A stretch of DNA of 62,679 nt, filler included, from Nemertoderma westbladi (GCA_032718475.1; 3 parts of 3 records of this genome joined end to end with filler, not necessarily neighbours in it), one strand, 5' to 3'. Positions 26,977 to 39,736 are shown, counted from the first letter of the whole stretch. The notes: generated by a model from the sequence alone, not told the origin. Translations and numbers: made by a program.

Positions 26977-28023
26977 ATGAATATAACCGGTACTAAGATT
27001 CGCGTCGAAACCGACGTGGTTATAAAGATACTCGCCAATGACTTCAACCATCATACGTCATCCATGACGTCACTGAACAGCTATGAAGATATTAACTACT
27101 TGGTTCCCACAGCAACGGGGAAATTTGTGTTGAAAATTTCGAATCCCAGAGACTCTAAGAATGCCAATTTAATGGACGGATTAACTGAAGTTATGATTCA
27201 TTTAAGAGATCGAGGTGTTGTGTGTCCCGTACCGCAACGTTCTACAGGAGGAGATTATATTGTGTACCGCGAATTCCTCGACAAAAACAACCAATCACAT
27301 CAATGCGCAGTTCGGCTTCTCTCTTACGTAGAAGGGGAGATATTATTTAAAGCGTCAGTAATAACAGATAACCTGTTGAAACAGCTGGGCGGATTTCTCG
27401 CGGATATTGATAAAGGGTTGATGACGTACACTCATCCGGGTGTTACGTCACGCACTGATTTTGATTGGGACATGAGGAATGCGCAACGAATGCGAAAATA
27501 TATTGAATATATTCCAGAACCGAATCGAAGGCAACTCATTACTAACGTCTTGGATAGATTCCTGGAAAAGTTTGCAATTCATCAAGTTAATATGACGGGG
27601 GGGATTATTCACGGCGACTTTAATGGCCATAACATTTTAGTTGATGAAGATTGTAAAATGCGTGGCATTCTAGATTTTGGTCACACAGTAAATTCCTTCC
27701 TAGCATTTGACCTAGGAATCGCTATAATGTATATTTCTAAGGAATTATTTAGCAAGTACGATGAAGAACGCTTTCTGAATGCACCACGTTACTTCCTCCA
27801 ATCATATTGCGCGAAGATAATCCTCAACCAATCAGATTTGGAAATGGTTGTCGTAGCAACAATGATGCGTTATGCAATGTCTTTAACTAAAAGCTGGTAC
27901 AACCTAACGTTGGATCCGGATAATATTTATTTATTAGACACAGAACGGGGCGGCGGTTGGAAATGCCTCCAATTATTGGCTGATCAGGACGCTGATGCGT
28001 TACTTCGACGGTGGATGGCGTAG
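26977..28023 (+). CDS. HYKK: Hydroxylysine kinase-like protein (aminoglycoside-phosphotransferase fold, AGPHD1/HYKK family), single coding exon
   Basis: Intact 348-aa ORF with SYEDINY, FVLKISN, VRLLSYVEG, the Brenner-type IIHGDFNGHNILV, GILDFG, FDLGIAIMY and C-terminal YLL..GWKCL motifs. Confidence 0.88.
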   Translation: MNITGTKIRVETDVVIKILANDFNHHTSSMTSLNSYEDINYLVPTATGKFVLKISNPRDSKNANLMDGLTEVMIHLRDRGVVCPVPQRSTGGDYIVYREFLDKNNQSHQCAVRLLSYVEGEILFKASVITDNLLKQLGGFLADIDKGLMTYTHPGVTSRTDFDWDMRNAQRMRKYIEYIPEPNRRQLITNVLDRFLEKFAIHQVNMTGGIIHGDFNGHNILVDEDCKMRGILDFGHTVNSFLAFDLGIAIMYISKELFSKYDEERFLNAPRYFLQSYCAKIILNQSDLEMVVVATMMRYAMSLTKSWYNLTLDPDNIYLLDTERGGGWKCLQLLADQDADALLRRWMA

Positions 28024-28766
28024 TGAGTGACTACCGTACCGCATTTATTCATTAACTAAACAATTATTGCTCGTAAACGGTGTAAACAGTTAGACATTAA
28101 TTAATTACATAGGCCCTAATTATTTTTCTAAGACTTTAACTGACTTAAGTTCGAGTCACACTATCACATGAGCTTTTCACTTTCAATTAAAAGATTTAAC
28201 ACATGGTAGCCTGAGGACGATCTCAGAAAAACAGTCAACATTCAACATGAAACTTTCAAAATCCACTTTAGTCATCTTCTTATTGAAAGTTGGCATTTTT
28301 AGTATTGACAACCAATCAAAATAACAACTATTTACCGACTAAGTATTGTGCAACAATATAGCTAATTATTTTTTATGAGATGAAAGTCTATATGTGAACG
28401 AAGTTGATAAATGAGCACTGCACGGATCCACAGATTACACCCTAAAAAGGTAAAACCAGTTGACTTCTATAGAGACAATGTTTAATGATAGAAACCGGAT
28501 ACTGATCCGTATCCCTGACCCTGCTCCAGGTAAGGAGTTACAATAATGTAAAACGAATTCCTGTTTATGGCTTGATTATAATTTAATTTGTTTTGTAAAT
28601 AAAGATGATAATAAAGATATAATCTTCAGCTCCAAATAGGCTCTCATCAAGCAACACGATAAATCGCGCAAAATTAATCAGACGTCTATATTTTATTATT
28701 AATATATTATTATTTAATTACTAATACTTGCAGCCACCAAATAATGAAAAACTATCTTATTTTTAA

Positions 28767-30035
28767 GGGGAGTAGTACAGGCATCCAATTTTTTTTCAAA
28801 TTTTTTTCCTGTTTCATCTAGAGCAAATTTTTATCAAGATTCCAAATTTGAAAACCGTTTAGCAAGATCTGCCTTACCTCTCGAGATGTCCGATTGACTG
28901 TCGGTTTGTCCATCAGTATGTCTGTCCGTCAATAAAAACTATCTATCTAAAAAAAATTACCTATTAAAGGTTTTCGTGGTCGTTGACTTCATTTCTGATG
29001 TCATTCTTCAAATTTGGCCTCGTCGTTTCTGTCTGTATGCCTGTCAGTATCTCCGTCAAAATATAACCGACAGACTGACTGCCAAACAGACAATTTGGAA
29101 GTCATCAAATGTTAAATCTGACACACGAAATGAATTATGCGACCAGGAAAACCCCTCTAGCTAAACTTTTTACAAGATTGTATGACCTTTTCTTATATTT
29201 CCAGAGGTAGTTCCTTGCCCAGACCACCGGTGTAAACATACTTAAAGGATTAAAGGCGGGTAGCGGATCTACGGGTGGCCAAAATTGAGTTTATTGCCAA
29301 TATTTCGGCCCAAACATGATATTGGAACAATATAAAAATATAATAAAATAATAAAATCTTATATTCTTCTAATAAAATCTTATATTTGACGGACAGATTG
29401 TCGGATAGTCAGAAAGTCCGACAGACAGACGTACAGACTAACAAGATTTCATTAAAAGTGAAAACTGACCTCAGAAATCGGACCTCAGCGACCACGAAAA
29501 CCCCATAGCAAAATTCTTAGCATGGTTTTGTGCTTTCTTTTTGCTAGGTATATATTGACAGACATTATTTCATAATAACAGACAGTTTTTGCGCGGGAAG
29601 GTTCAAATTTTAACTGGATTTTTCTCAAAATGAGATTTTCGAATTCTTTCGGTACATTTTTCTCAGCTGCCATTTGATTTATAGACTTGTACTTGTCAAT
29701 TTCTCACTAGGATCATTTTTTTACCGTAGAATAATAAGGTATACCAATTAGTTGTTTTATATTATTTACCAATAAGTACCGATTGTGATTTTAATGTTTG
29801 TGACACAAATTATTTGGCTAATTTTTTTTAATTTGGTCTTTTCAAAAAATAAGCTAAATATATGACAAAAAAATAGAAATTCAAAATAAACCAATTGGTC
29901 TACCTGAAAGCCCGTTAAATTCCGGTTGAATGCAAGAACAGTTGGCCTATAAAGTAATCTAAAGCGTTCTAAAAGTGTACGGAGGCTTAATAGTAGTTTG
30001 TATGGATATTGGATAAAATGCCTGTACTACTCCCC
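28767..30035. mobile_element. Non-autonomous DNA transposon with TTAA target duplication (Kolobok-like)
   Basis: Perfect 18-bp TIR ggggagtagtacaggcat / atgcctgtactactcccc. TTAA at 28763-28766 and 30036-30039. The GG termini fit Kolobok rather than piggyBac (CC). Confidence 0.8.
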
Positions 30036-30192
30036 TTAAGTTTGGAGTTACATTATATTTCAACTTTTATCTGAATACCTGACTATTTTTTTTATATTAG
30101 AAAAAATCGATTATATATATTTAATTATAATTTAATTATAATATATTTAAGGAATATTGATTAATATTAGTGCCTCTGTCTTATAAATACAA

Positions 30193-30477
30193 ATCGTAGC
30201 TTAAGTGTCATAAGGAACTAAGTCAGAAATTGCAATTGTTCAGGAGAGCCAATAAAATATAATATAGAGATATATATAGGGCCTTTCTGCAGTAAAATAT
30301 TTCCCAATAGGATTATTGGGTATCACTTTACCACGCAATAATCATCACATTCCATTGGTTAAAGTGTTCAAAATTCACCAGCTGATAGAGCATGTCTTAA
30401 AGTTTGGAATTGTATGAAAAAGTAAAATGTCACAAAAATAAACTTAAAGGGCCTTTATGACACTCTTAAGCTACGAT
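30193..30477. mobile_element. Small inverted-repeat element (unclassified, possibly Crypton-like)
   Basis: atcgtagcttaagtgtcataagg against cctttatgacactcttaagctacgat. No clear TSD. Confidence 0.45.
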
Positions 30478-30844
30478 ATGTGGTATTCAATAAAACTATT
30501 TAGCATAAAAAATGGACATTATGTTCATGTAACTAAGTAGTAATGGGTAAAGCCTTAATAGTGCATAATTATATGCATAATTAGTTAAAGCGTCGACCAT
30601 TTAAGAGGATACAATACTTATTAAATGTAATGCATATAGTACTCTCCTCACTACAACAGTGCCAGACACAAATTATTAAATTAAATTATTTACCGATACG
30701 CCACGCAAACAATTTTATATGTAAATTATATTGATAATTACAAAATATGTATATTTATCTAATCGTTATATAGAAAAAAATAAAAAATAAATTAGATTAT
30801 ACGATAGAGTTGGGGTAGGCTGCAGTATTTAATGCACTCTGGCT

Positions 30845-31710
30845 AAACAGTGCTGCCCATCTAGGGATCGAACCAGGGCCTTCTGGATGGGGAGCCCAAA
30901 CAGTGCTGCCCCATCTGGGGATCGAACCAGGGCCTTGTGGATGGGAAGTCCAAACAGTGCTGCCCCATCTAGGGATCGAACCAGGGCCTTCTGGAACGGG
31001 AGCCCAAACAATTCTGCCCCATCTAGGGATCGAACCAGGGCCTTCTGGATGGGGAGCCCAAACAGTGCTGCCCCATCTAGGGATCGAACCAGGACGTTCT
31101 GGATGGGGAACCCAAACAGTACTGCCACATCTAGGGATCGAACCAGGGCCTTCTGGAACGGGAGCCCAAACAATTCTGCCCCATCTAGGGATCGAACCAG
31201 GGCCTTCTGGATGAGGAGCCCAAACAGTGCTGCTCCATCTAGGAATCGAATCAGGGCCTTCTGGATGGGGAGTCCAAACTGTGCTACCCCATCTAGGGAT
31301 CGAACCAGGACGTTCTGGATGGGGAACCCAAACAGTACTGCCCCATCTAGGGATCGAACCAGGGCCTTCTGGATGGGGAGCCCAAACAGTGCTGCCCCAT
31401 CTAGGGATCGAACCAGGACGTTCTGGATGGGGAACCCAAACAGTGCTGCCCCATCTAGGGATCGAACCAGGGCCTTTTGGATGGGGAGCCCAAACAATGC
31501 TGCCCCATCTAAGGATATAACCAGGGCCTTCTGGATGCGGAGTCCAAACAATGCTGCCCCATCTAGGGATCGAACCAGGGCCTTCTGGATGGGGAGTCCA
31601 AACAATGCTGCCCCATCTATGGATCGAACCAGGGCCTTCTGGATGAGGAGCCCAAACAGTGCTGCTCCATCTAGGGATCGAAAGAGGACCTTCTGGATGA
31701 TGAGTCCAAA
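30845..31710 (-). repeat. Tandem array of 16 x 54-bp tRNA/SINE-derived units, each with a Pol III B-box
   Basis: The minus-strand unit gggctccccatccagaaggccctGGTTCGATCCctagatggggcagcactgttt resembles a tRNA 3' half. No A-box or D-arm is seen. Confidence 0.8.
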
Positions 31711-31732
31711 ATATCGCAATTTTACCCAATAA

Positions 31733-32957
31733 ACTGCAGCCACTAATACTACAGCGCTATTAATACTGCAGCTATTAATACTACAGCTATTAACACTACA
31801 GCTATTAATACTGCAGCTACTATTACTGCAGCTACTAATACTGCAGCTAATAATATTGCAGCTAATAATACTACAGCTACTAATACTGCAGCTATCAATA
31901 CTGCAGCTATCAATACTGCAGCTATTAATACTGCAGCTACTAATACTGCAGCTATTAATACTGCAGCTATTAATACTGCAGCTATTAATACTGCAGCTAT
32001 TAATACTGCAGCTATTAATACTGCAGCTATTAATACTGCAGCTATTAATACTACAGCTACTAATACTGCAGCTATCAATACTGCAGCTATTAATACTGCA
32101 GCTACTAATACTGCAGCTATTAATACTGCAGCTATTAATACTGCAGCTATTAATACTGCAGCTATTAATACTGCAGCTATTAATACTACAGCTATTAATA
32201 CTACAGCTATTAATACTACAGCGATTAATACTGCAGCTATTAATACTACAGCTATTAATACTGCAGCTATTAATACTGTGCAGCTACTAATACTGCAGCT
32301 ACTAATACTGCAGCAGCTATTAATACTGCAGCTAATAATACAACAGCTATTAATACTGCAGCTACTAATACTACAGCTATTAATACTGCAGCTATTAATA
32401 CTACAGCTATTAATACTGCAGCTATTAATACTGCAGCTATTAATACTACAGTTACTAATACTGCAGCTAGTAATACTGCAGCTATTAATACTACAGCTAT
32501 TAATACTGCAGCTAATAATACTCCAGCTATAATACTGCAGCTATTAATACTGCAGCTATTAATATTACAGCTATTAATACTGCAGCTATTAATATTACAG
32601 CTATTAATACTGCAGCTATTAATATTACAGCTATTAATACTGCAGCTATTAATACTGCAGCTATTAATACTGCAGCTATTAATATTACAGCTATTAATAC
32701 TGCAGCTATTAATATTACAGCTATTAATACTGCAGCTATTAATATTACAGCTATTAATACTACAGCTATTAATACTGCAGCTATTAATATTACAGCTATT
32801 AATACTGCAGCTATTAATATTACAGCTATTAATACTACAGCTATTAATACTGCAGCTATTAATACTGCAGCTATTAATACTGCAGCTACTAATACTGCAG
32901 CAGCTATTAATACTGCAGCTAATAATACTACAGCTATTAATACTGCAGCTATCAATA
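31733..32957. repeat. 15-bp satellite (gctattaatactgca)n, left block
   Basis: Direct tandem array that resumes in phase at 37840. Confidence 0.97.
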
Positions 32958-35900
32958 CTGCCGTGATAAGGCAAAACACCCTATCTCAAGAAAACTCATT
33001 TCGAGAAAATTGGCAAAGAATATTTGGAACTTTAAGGCCTAATATCTATTTTGTAAAATGGGTAAACAGTAGAAATATTAGGTCATAGGGTAATAAAACA
33101 TGGTTAAAATTGTCGTGATATTTAAATTTTATCTAATTTTCGAATGGAACTCCCAAAAAACGCGATAGGGTGTTTTGCCAAAAATATTTTACTTTGAAAA
33201 TTAGATAGGGTGATTTTAGCGCCACCCTATCTTTCACTTTATGAGATAGGGTAATTCTTGTACTTACACTTTGCTTTCATTATTTTGAGCATATTATTTT
33301 AGTTTTATTTATTAATTTGGCTTTTATTTATAATTTTATGGCTTTCAAAAAACCGATATAACTTCAAAAATAAAATTGTATCAATATGTGCTTCACTTTT
33401 AACTATAATAGTATTACATTATTTCATTTTATTTTAAACAAAGAAATAGGTTTAATAACATTTCATTACAATAATAATCAGCACAATTATTAATCAGCAC
33501 AAAACTTATCGACTGCATAATATTTAAACAGGTCTTTGCTATTAGACGACCGACTAATTGAATTTAAAAAAAGACTCAAGGTGGCATCTTTTGTTACATA
33601 CAAGTGATTTATCATGTTAAAAAGTATCCTTATCCATCACAAAGTTACTTTATGCCAGATAACATCGATGGAAATGACTCTCTCGGCAGATATCTCTTAA
33701 AGATTGAAAATGTGGATGACAGCTTGTAACAAAAAATGCCACCAACGACCTTTTCAACCCACATTTTTGTTCTTTGGCCGGCTGTCTATATTATTATTTA
33801 TCGTTTATCGTCACATATAAAAATTAAAATAATACAAATTATACACAATGTAAAAATCAGCTATACTATACAAATAATTGTGAAGCAAAATATTTACAAT
33901 TTTCAACATTTTTTGTCCAAGAAAGAATACTAAATAATACTACTTCGTAATCTCTAATAATTGTACTAAAATTATTGTTCTACACCTATCAAATAAAAAT
34001 ACTAAATAAGAATCCAAAAATATGTGCCCAAAAAAGAATACTAAAAATACTAATTCGTCATCTCTAATCTTGCTAAAATTGTTGTTCTATTCCTATTAAA
34101 CCATATTATTGTCGTAACATCAATTTCAAATAAAATTAATGAATTACAAAATAATAATAGAGTCCTTCCAGAGTCTGAATTAGTTATTATATCCTATGTA
34201 AATTGTTCCAGAAGGTAATACGATCGCGAGGTATTATTGGCCCAAGACGGTCAATGAGAGCGTCGAGTTTTTGAGATTCAATACCAGATGGCATTTCGAC
34301 GCGATCGGGTTCACATAGAACATTGAAATCTCTCTTCATCGTGCTGGTCGACGTTTCCCATCCTTCCTGATTATAACACGTTTTCCATGACATGAAATGA
34401 GAACCTCTTTCAAACTTGATCGCAACAATCGACTTGAGATATGGAAAGTTGTTCTCTTGTCTCTCTTTATTGATTTTGTACATGGAGAATTCGTTCATCC
34501 AAAGAGAAAAGTCACTGAATTGAAGATCTTTGACATTTGACTTAAAATTGGCGGCAGAACGTACACACGACTTGAAATCTTGAAAATCGTACACATTCTT
34601 CATGGTTGTAATTTCCTTGTTCACGAGTCTGTGGAGGTTGTCGCTGCTCATGAAACTGTGGTGTGGTTCGAAATACCACAGTTCTATCGATTGAGGTCCA
34701 ACGAATTGTACTAGTGGTATTAAGGTCGTGAAGAGCGTGTAATTTTTGTTTTGGGAACTACAATTATCAAGCCATATCTTCACTGTTTTTCTGTCTCGAG
34801 CAGCAGGTGACTGGAGGAACGCTTGAAAGGTCGAAGCCATCCTCGTCATTTCGACCACGTATTCCATCATGCCATATTGCACTAAATACCTCAGTATTGT
34901 CTCTCTTTTTACCAACAGGGACAAAGGACTCGTGATACGCAATAATTCGTCGAAGGAAGGCAACATCTTTGAATTGGTCCAATACGGGTAACATTATAAC
35001 TTTTTGCAGGTCCGCTGACACAACAATTTCGTCCTTGTCAATATTGCCGTCAACATATTTTTGATAAGTTGCTCGTGATAGTTTTGCACGATTTAAATGA
35101 CCAGTATGAGCAGTACAAATGTCACAATCCACTGAACTCTGACAAACACCTCCGCTACAATGCATTTCAAAACCCTCACATTTTATGCACTCTTCATTCC
35201 CGAGTTTGGCCAGAGAAATTCCCATCTCCTTAAATACTTCGAAATATTTCGAATATGACACTTCAGTGGTTTTATATTTCTCTAAAAAGTCGCGGTGCAA
35301 TTTTGTGACGGTAAATTCACTAGGCAGGTACCGTCGATTCGGTGCATGTTCATATCGGTAGTGGTGATGTTGGGGGTTATAGGATTCTATATGAGCCTTT
35401 ATATCATCATCATTGATCTTATTTGATGGCGGATGTTGGCCACGTTTATCTGCTGGAGGAGTAGTAGACCCAATATCCCCGGATAAATTTGTTTTAATCA
35501 CTTGATTGTTGGTGGATTTGTATCCAAGTGTTGTCAAGAAAAATGGTTGGCATACACGTACCTTACTCCCAGTTATATCAGTGAACATGTATTTAAAACA
35601 CTTTGTCTTTCGCTCATTGGTTAAGGTGTTGGTTGCCTCCACACTATTCACAATATATTGCTTTCGTTGTTCGGCACTCATCTCCTTCCAATAGCTATTG
35701 CGAAGTTGTGAACGTCTCGATTCTAAAATTTTAACTTCACAATTTTGTTTACACTTGCACTCTGCTGGTCTTAACGGATGCCTTTCATTATCTCTTACCA
35801 TACGAGCCATTTTGGTGCGTGCTCTGTTCTCTTTTGGCGGTTTGCTGCGTTTTTTCTTTCCTCTAATAATCAAATGGTCAGATTGTTCTCCACTTGCCGA

Positions 35901-37839
35901 GTCCCCTAGATCTTCATCTGGTTCCGCATTGTTGTCACCTGAGTCTGCATTATCGTCATCCGAGTCCCCAATGTCGTCACCCGAGTCCGCATTGTCCTCA
36001 TCTGGGTCATAATCAGGGTCTGGATCGCTACTATCTTTTTCTTTATTAATAGTATTAAGTGGAATTGGTAATAATACAGTAACTGGTAATTCGGGTGTTG
36101 GTTTGTTAGGTTCATCGAATGAATTAAATAGTGAATCAATAAAATCAAGATCAATTGTCGAAGTATCAACAGAACTTGGGATGTTTGAAAGAGAAATGTT
36201 GAAGGAATCACTGTCTTTGTGAGTTTGTAAGTTGTTGTGAGAGATCGGTGAAGTGTCTGCAGGAGGACCAAGGTAAACGTCAAAGTTCGCATTCTTTGGA
36301 TCAACACCCAGAGGTTCTTTTCTGGGGTTGTCGAACCCGACCTCGTAATGGGGGTTTAAAGTTCGAAGGGTGTCTGGACTTATAATAGGAAGGTTATCAC
36401 CACTGTCAAGACCTGTTTCTCTCGAGGCTAATGGGATGTACGTGTGAGTGTTTGTGTTCAAAGTAGGACGGACAAGACCATCTGTGTGGAACTGCGGAGA
36501 TGGTTCACATTGTGAATCTGTAAATCCGGGGAATTCTACATTATTGTAGACAGACTGACCATATTCAATAATGTTATTACTGGTACCGTTCTCGGCGGAA
36601 ATGAATGGAAAAAGCTGTCCTTCCGTCGTTACAGGTAAATTTGTATTGGTTACACGTATTTTTTCTAAGGTGTAGCGCTGTGGGTGTGCCCATCGAGTTC
36701 CGTAAATGGCTCTGTCGAAAGTTATAGAACACGTTTTTTCATGTACCGCATGTATAACACCACCAGTCCACCACTTATTTCTCCATAACACATCCACTTT
36801 ATCTCCAACGTGATACATATCTTAGATATAAAGATTAGTTAAAAGGAATGTAACAAATAAATATAAATAAGGTAAAAACAGAAACTACAATTTAAATTTA
36901 ACAATTCGCGCTCTAAAATAGGCCTAGAATAACCAACCAGTATCACTAAGATAGATAGCTGTCTAAACTAGGTTTCTAATGATTCAAACGATCAGTTGCT
37001 ATGGTAACAGCTTTTACACTATAACAACCGTGCACCACCAGCTGGCAACCATGCCGTGGATGTGCAACGAACAATCTCGCTGCTATGGAAACTGCGTTTA
37101 TATTTGAATTAAATTCCACGCTGTGCAGTTAAAGTCCGGGAAATTTATTTATTACTGCTTAATTATTATATACAGTATAATTCCGTCATTCCAATTTTCC
37201 AGGGCTAATATTCCTATTTTAGAAATTCGTTTAGAAGACAAGAAAACTCTGTTATAACCAATGGACAATTAATTGTTGTTTATATTACTGTGTTTAAAAT
37301 AATCCTACAAATTGTGAGACCATACGGACGGAACTAATTAAGGTAAATAGCCTACTAAAATTACGATAGTTGAGCTGGATTCAGATAACTATTTCAACCG
37401 CTTCACTATACTTTTTATTAGAAACGGTTTCAGTTTAAAACTTTTAAAGCAATCTCAGTTCCTAATATACTAAACATTAGAAATACTGTCCTCCTATTGG
37501 CTGTTACAAGTTTACTCAAAGGCTCTGATTGGATTAATTACATAAGATACTTAGATGTTTACGGTAAATTACCCTATCTCAAAATTTCGAAGATAGGGTA
37601 TTTAATAATTTTTTGGCAAAACACCCTATCTCATATAAATAGAAATAAGGTGTTTTGCCGTAATAAATTTCGTATTTATCATACATAGGGTGTTTTAGTC
37701 CACCAAAAACTCAATATTGCGATGGGATTAAGGATTTCTAACATGGCTCATTCGAAAGAGCATGCAAAAATACCATTAAATAGAAAATAAATTTTTTTTT
37801 AAATTTTTAAAGATAGGGTGTTTTGCCTTATCACGGCAG
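32958..37839 (-). mobile_element. Full-length Sola1-type DNA transposon (4.9 kb)
   Basis: Perfect 29-bp TIRs ctgccgtgataaggcaaaacaccctatct. 4-bp TSD AATA at 32954-32957 and 37840-37843. Repeated subterminal accctatct/gatagggt motifs at both ends. Internal transposase. Confidence 0.85.
34187..36818 (-). pseudogene. Sola-type DDD transposase (~877 aa) with an N-terminal Tudor/Agenet-like domain and one frameshift at ~34840
   Basis: ORFs 36818-34767 and 34966-34187 join at GRNDED/MASTFQ. Motifs SADLQKVIMLP, WHDGIRGR, WLDNCSSQNKN and HSFMSSDNLH. Cys-rich RVCQPFFLTTLG and CIKCE segments. Confidence 0.85.
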
Positions 37840-37893
37840 AATACTGCAGCTATCAATACTGCAGCTATCAATACTGCAGCTATTAATACTGCA
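37840..37893. repeat. 15-bp satellite, 54-bp remnant between the two transposon insertions
   Basis: aatactgcagctatcaatactgcagct..., in phase with both flanking blocks. Confidence 0.9.
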
Positions 37894-38783
37894 GGTCATT
37901 GGTCAATAAACGTGGCTCAAAGCGTTGCAAAATATTTTTTTTTTATTTCTTACCGAACCCCAATATATTATATACCATTGGAATCGTCTTTTTGAGCTCT
38001 TTCCAGATCTGGCCAAAATATATAAATATACTCAAGTCTAAAAGTTTTATAGGCGAAGTAACGCTAAATGCTATCCAAGGTAGACATCCAAGGTATACAT
38101 GGGTTCAAGGTATACATTTTTGTGTACCAAGGTATACATTGGTTAAATTTTCAAGGTATACGTTTTGTGTACCAAGGTATACAATTTGTGTACCAAGATA
38201 TACATTTTGTGTACCAAGGTATATATTTTGTGTTCCAAGGTATACATTGGTTAAATTTTCAAGGTATACGTTTTGTGTAGCAAGGTAGTGTACCAAGGTA
38301 TACGTGTTGTAGCAAGGTATTCTTCGTTTGTTTGGTGTAACAAGGTAAACATGGGTTCAATCTTTAAGGCATAAGATTTGTGTATCAAGGGTTACGATAT
38401 TAGTGATTTTGAAAACAAGTGAACAAGGAAGGTAGGCTATCTGGGGTCAATATATTCAGTTCAATATTCAGAGTAAGCCTTTGTACAGTATGTATTTAAA
38501 GTTTCGGGAGACAGATGCACTGTAACTACTTAATTATTGATAGTAATTTACATGTCTGTTTTTTGTATGTGTTGTGTACGAAATCATTTGCTATAAACAC
38601 GACAAATCATTACAAATAAACAAATTAAATATGTTCATTAACTTATCACAATAGTTAACTGAAGCCCAAGAAAAGCTGTTTGTTCGACTAGTTTGCGTGT
38701 TTCATCGCCTCTAAGTTTACATGGTGGTAGGGGCTAGCTAAGCTAGTTCCTTTGAAATGCTATGTAAGCATGCCTCTCGCGGT

Positions 38784-39095
38784 TTAGATTTTGGGACTAG
38801 CAATTTTCGACAGCCTGTTTTTCGTGGCTCTTTGAGGAAGTTTGTTCGGATTAAAATACCTCAGATGGTTCTTGTTACAGAATTTACCTTGCAGGTAATG
38901 AGAACAGTAGCACGAGGTATTCCTTCTGGGACGGGATCCATTCTATCTGGTGAATTTGTCTCGTTTTTGGAATGAGTTTCGGGGAAGTTAATGTTTCTGG
39001 AAGACTATCATGTTCACCCTTCAAATCAAATAGCGAAATGATCGAGTAATGGCAACTGCTTATATTATCTTTTGCGAATGATTGGAACTCTTCAG
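38784..39095 (-). pseudogene. C-terminal transposase-like remnant (Sola2-like by recollection of motifs)
   Basis: Manual translation SEEFQSFAKDNI...KLIPKTRQIHQIEW, then after a frameshift CYCSHYLQGKFC. This resembles the F-x-F-A-K...IPGTR-x-x-H...CxC C-terminus. The catalytic core is absent. Confidence 0.45.
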
Positions 39096-39280
39096 ATACC
39101 CCACCCCCACTCTTGAACGCGTGCCTTTATGATTTATGAACGCCCCTTAAGTTATTTTACCAAGTACCGGTAAATGAATTATAACGGTATTATGATTTCA
39201 AGCCTGGAGATACTTGAGTTAAATACGTGGCACATCACAGTAACTAAGGTCCGTGATAGAATGCTGATTGAAATCCCTAT

Positions 39281-39736
39281 AGTGGGGCTGTTAAACGCCT
39301 AGCGTGTATTAATTGTATTGTATACCTTGGAGTCGTTGTTGAAGCTTGACCCCATTGTTTATATCGTATTGGGGCTGTTAAATGCCTATGTACCGTGTAT
39401 TAATTGTATTGTATACCTTGGAGTCGTTGTTGAAGCTTGGCCCCATTGTTTATATCGTAGTGGGGCTGTTAAACGCATATGTACCGTTTATTAATTGTTC
39501 TAAGTTGTTGTTGAAGCCTGGCCCCATTGTGTACCGTAGTGGGGCTGTTAAACGCCTACCGTGTATTAATTGTATTGTATACCTTGGAGTCATTTTTGAA
39601 GCTTGGCCCCATTGTTTATATCGTATTGGGGCTGTTAAACGCCTATGTACCGTGTATTAATTGTATTGTATACCTTGGAGTCGTTGTTGAAGCTTGGCCC
39701 CATTATTTATATCGTATAGGGGCTGTTAAACGCCTA
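39281..39736. repeat. ~87-91-bp minisatellite inside the Sola-like element, resuming at 42649-42840
   Basis: The unit ggggctgttaaacgcctatgtaccgtgtattaattgtattgtataccttggagtcgttgttgaagcttggcccc... contains the reverse complement of the ccaaggtatac motif. Confidence 0.9.

Noticed and set aside
28205-28245. Penelope-type hammerhead-like ctgaggacgatc...cagtc
   Set aside because: The stem II partner and a properly placed GAAA are missing, leaving it too incomplete to call.
30797-31743. Overlapping 281-310-aa repeat ORFs and a CRISPR-like appearance
   Set aside because: The 54-bp unit is a multiple of 3, which opens several frames on both strands. There are no unique spacers or cas genes, and the context is eukaryotic.
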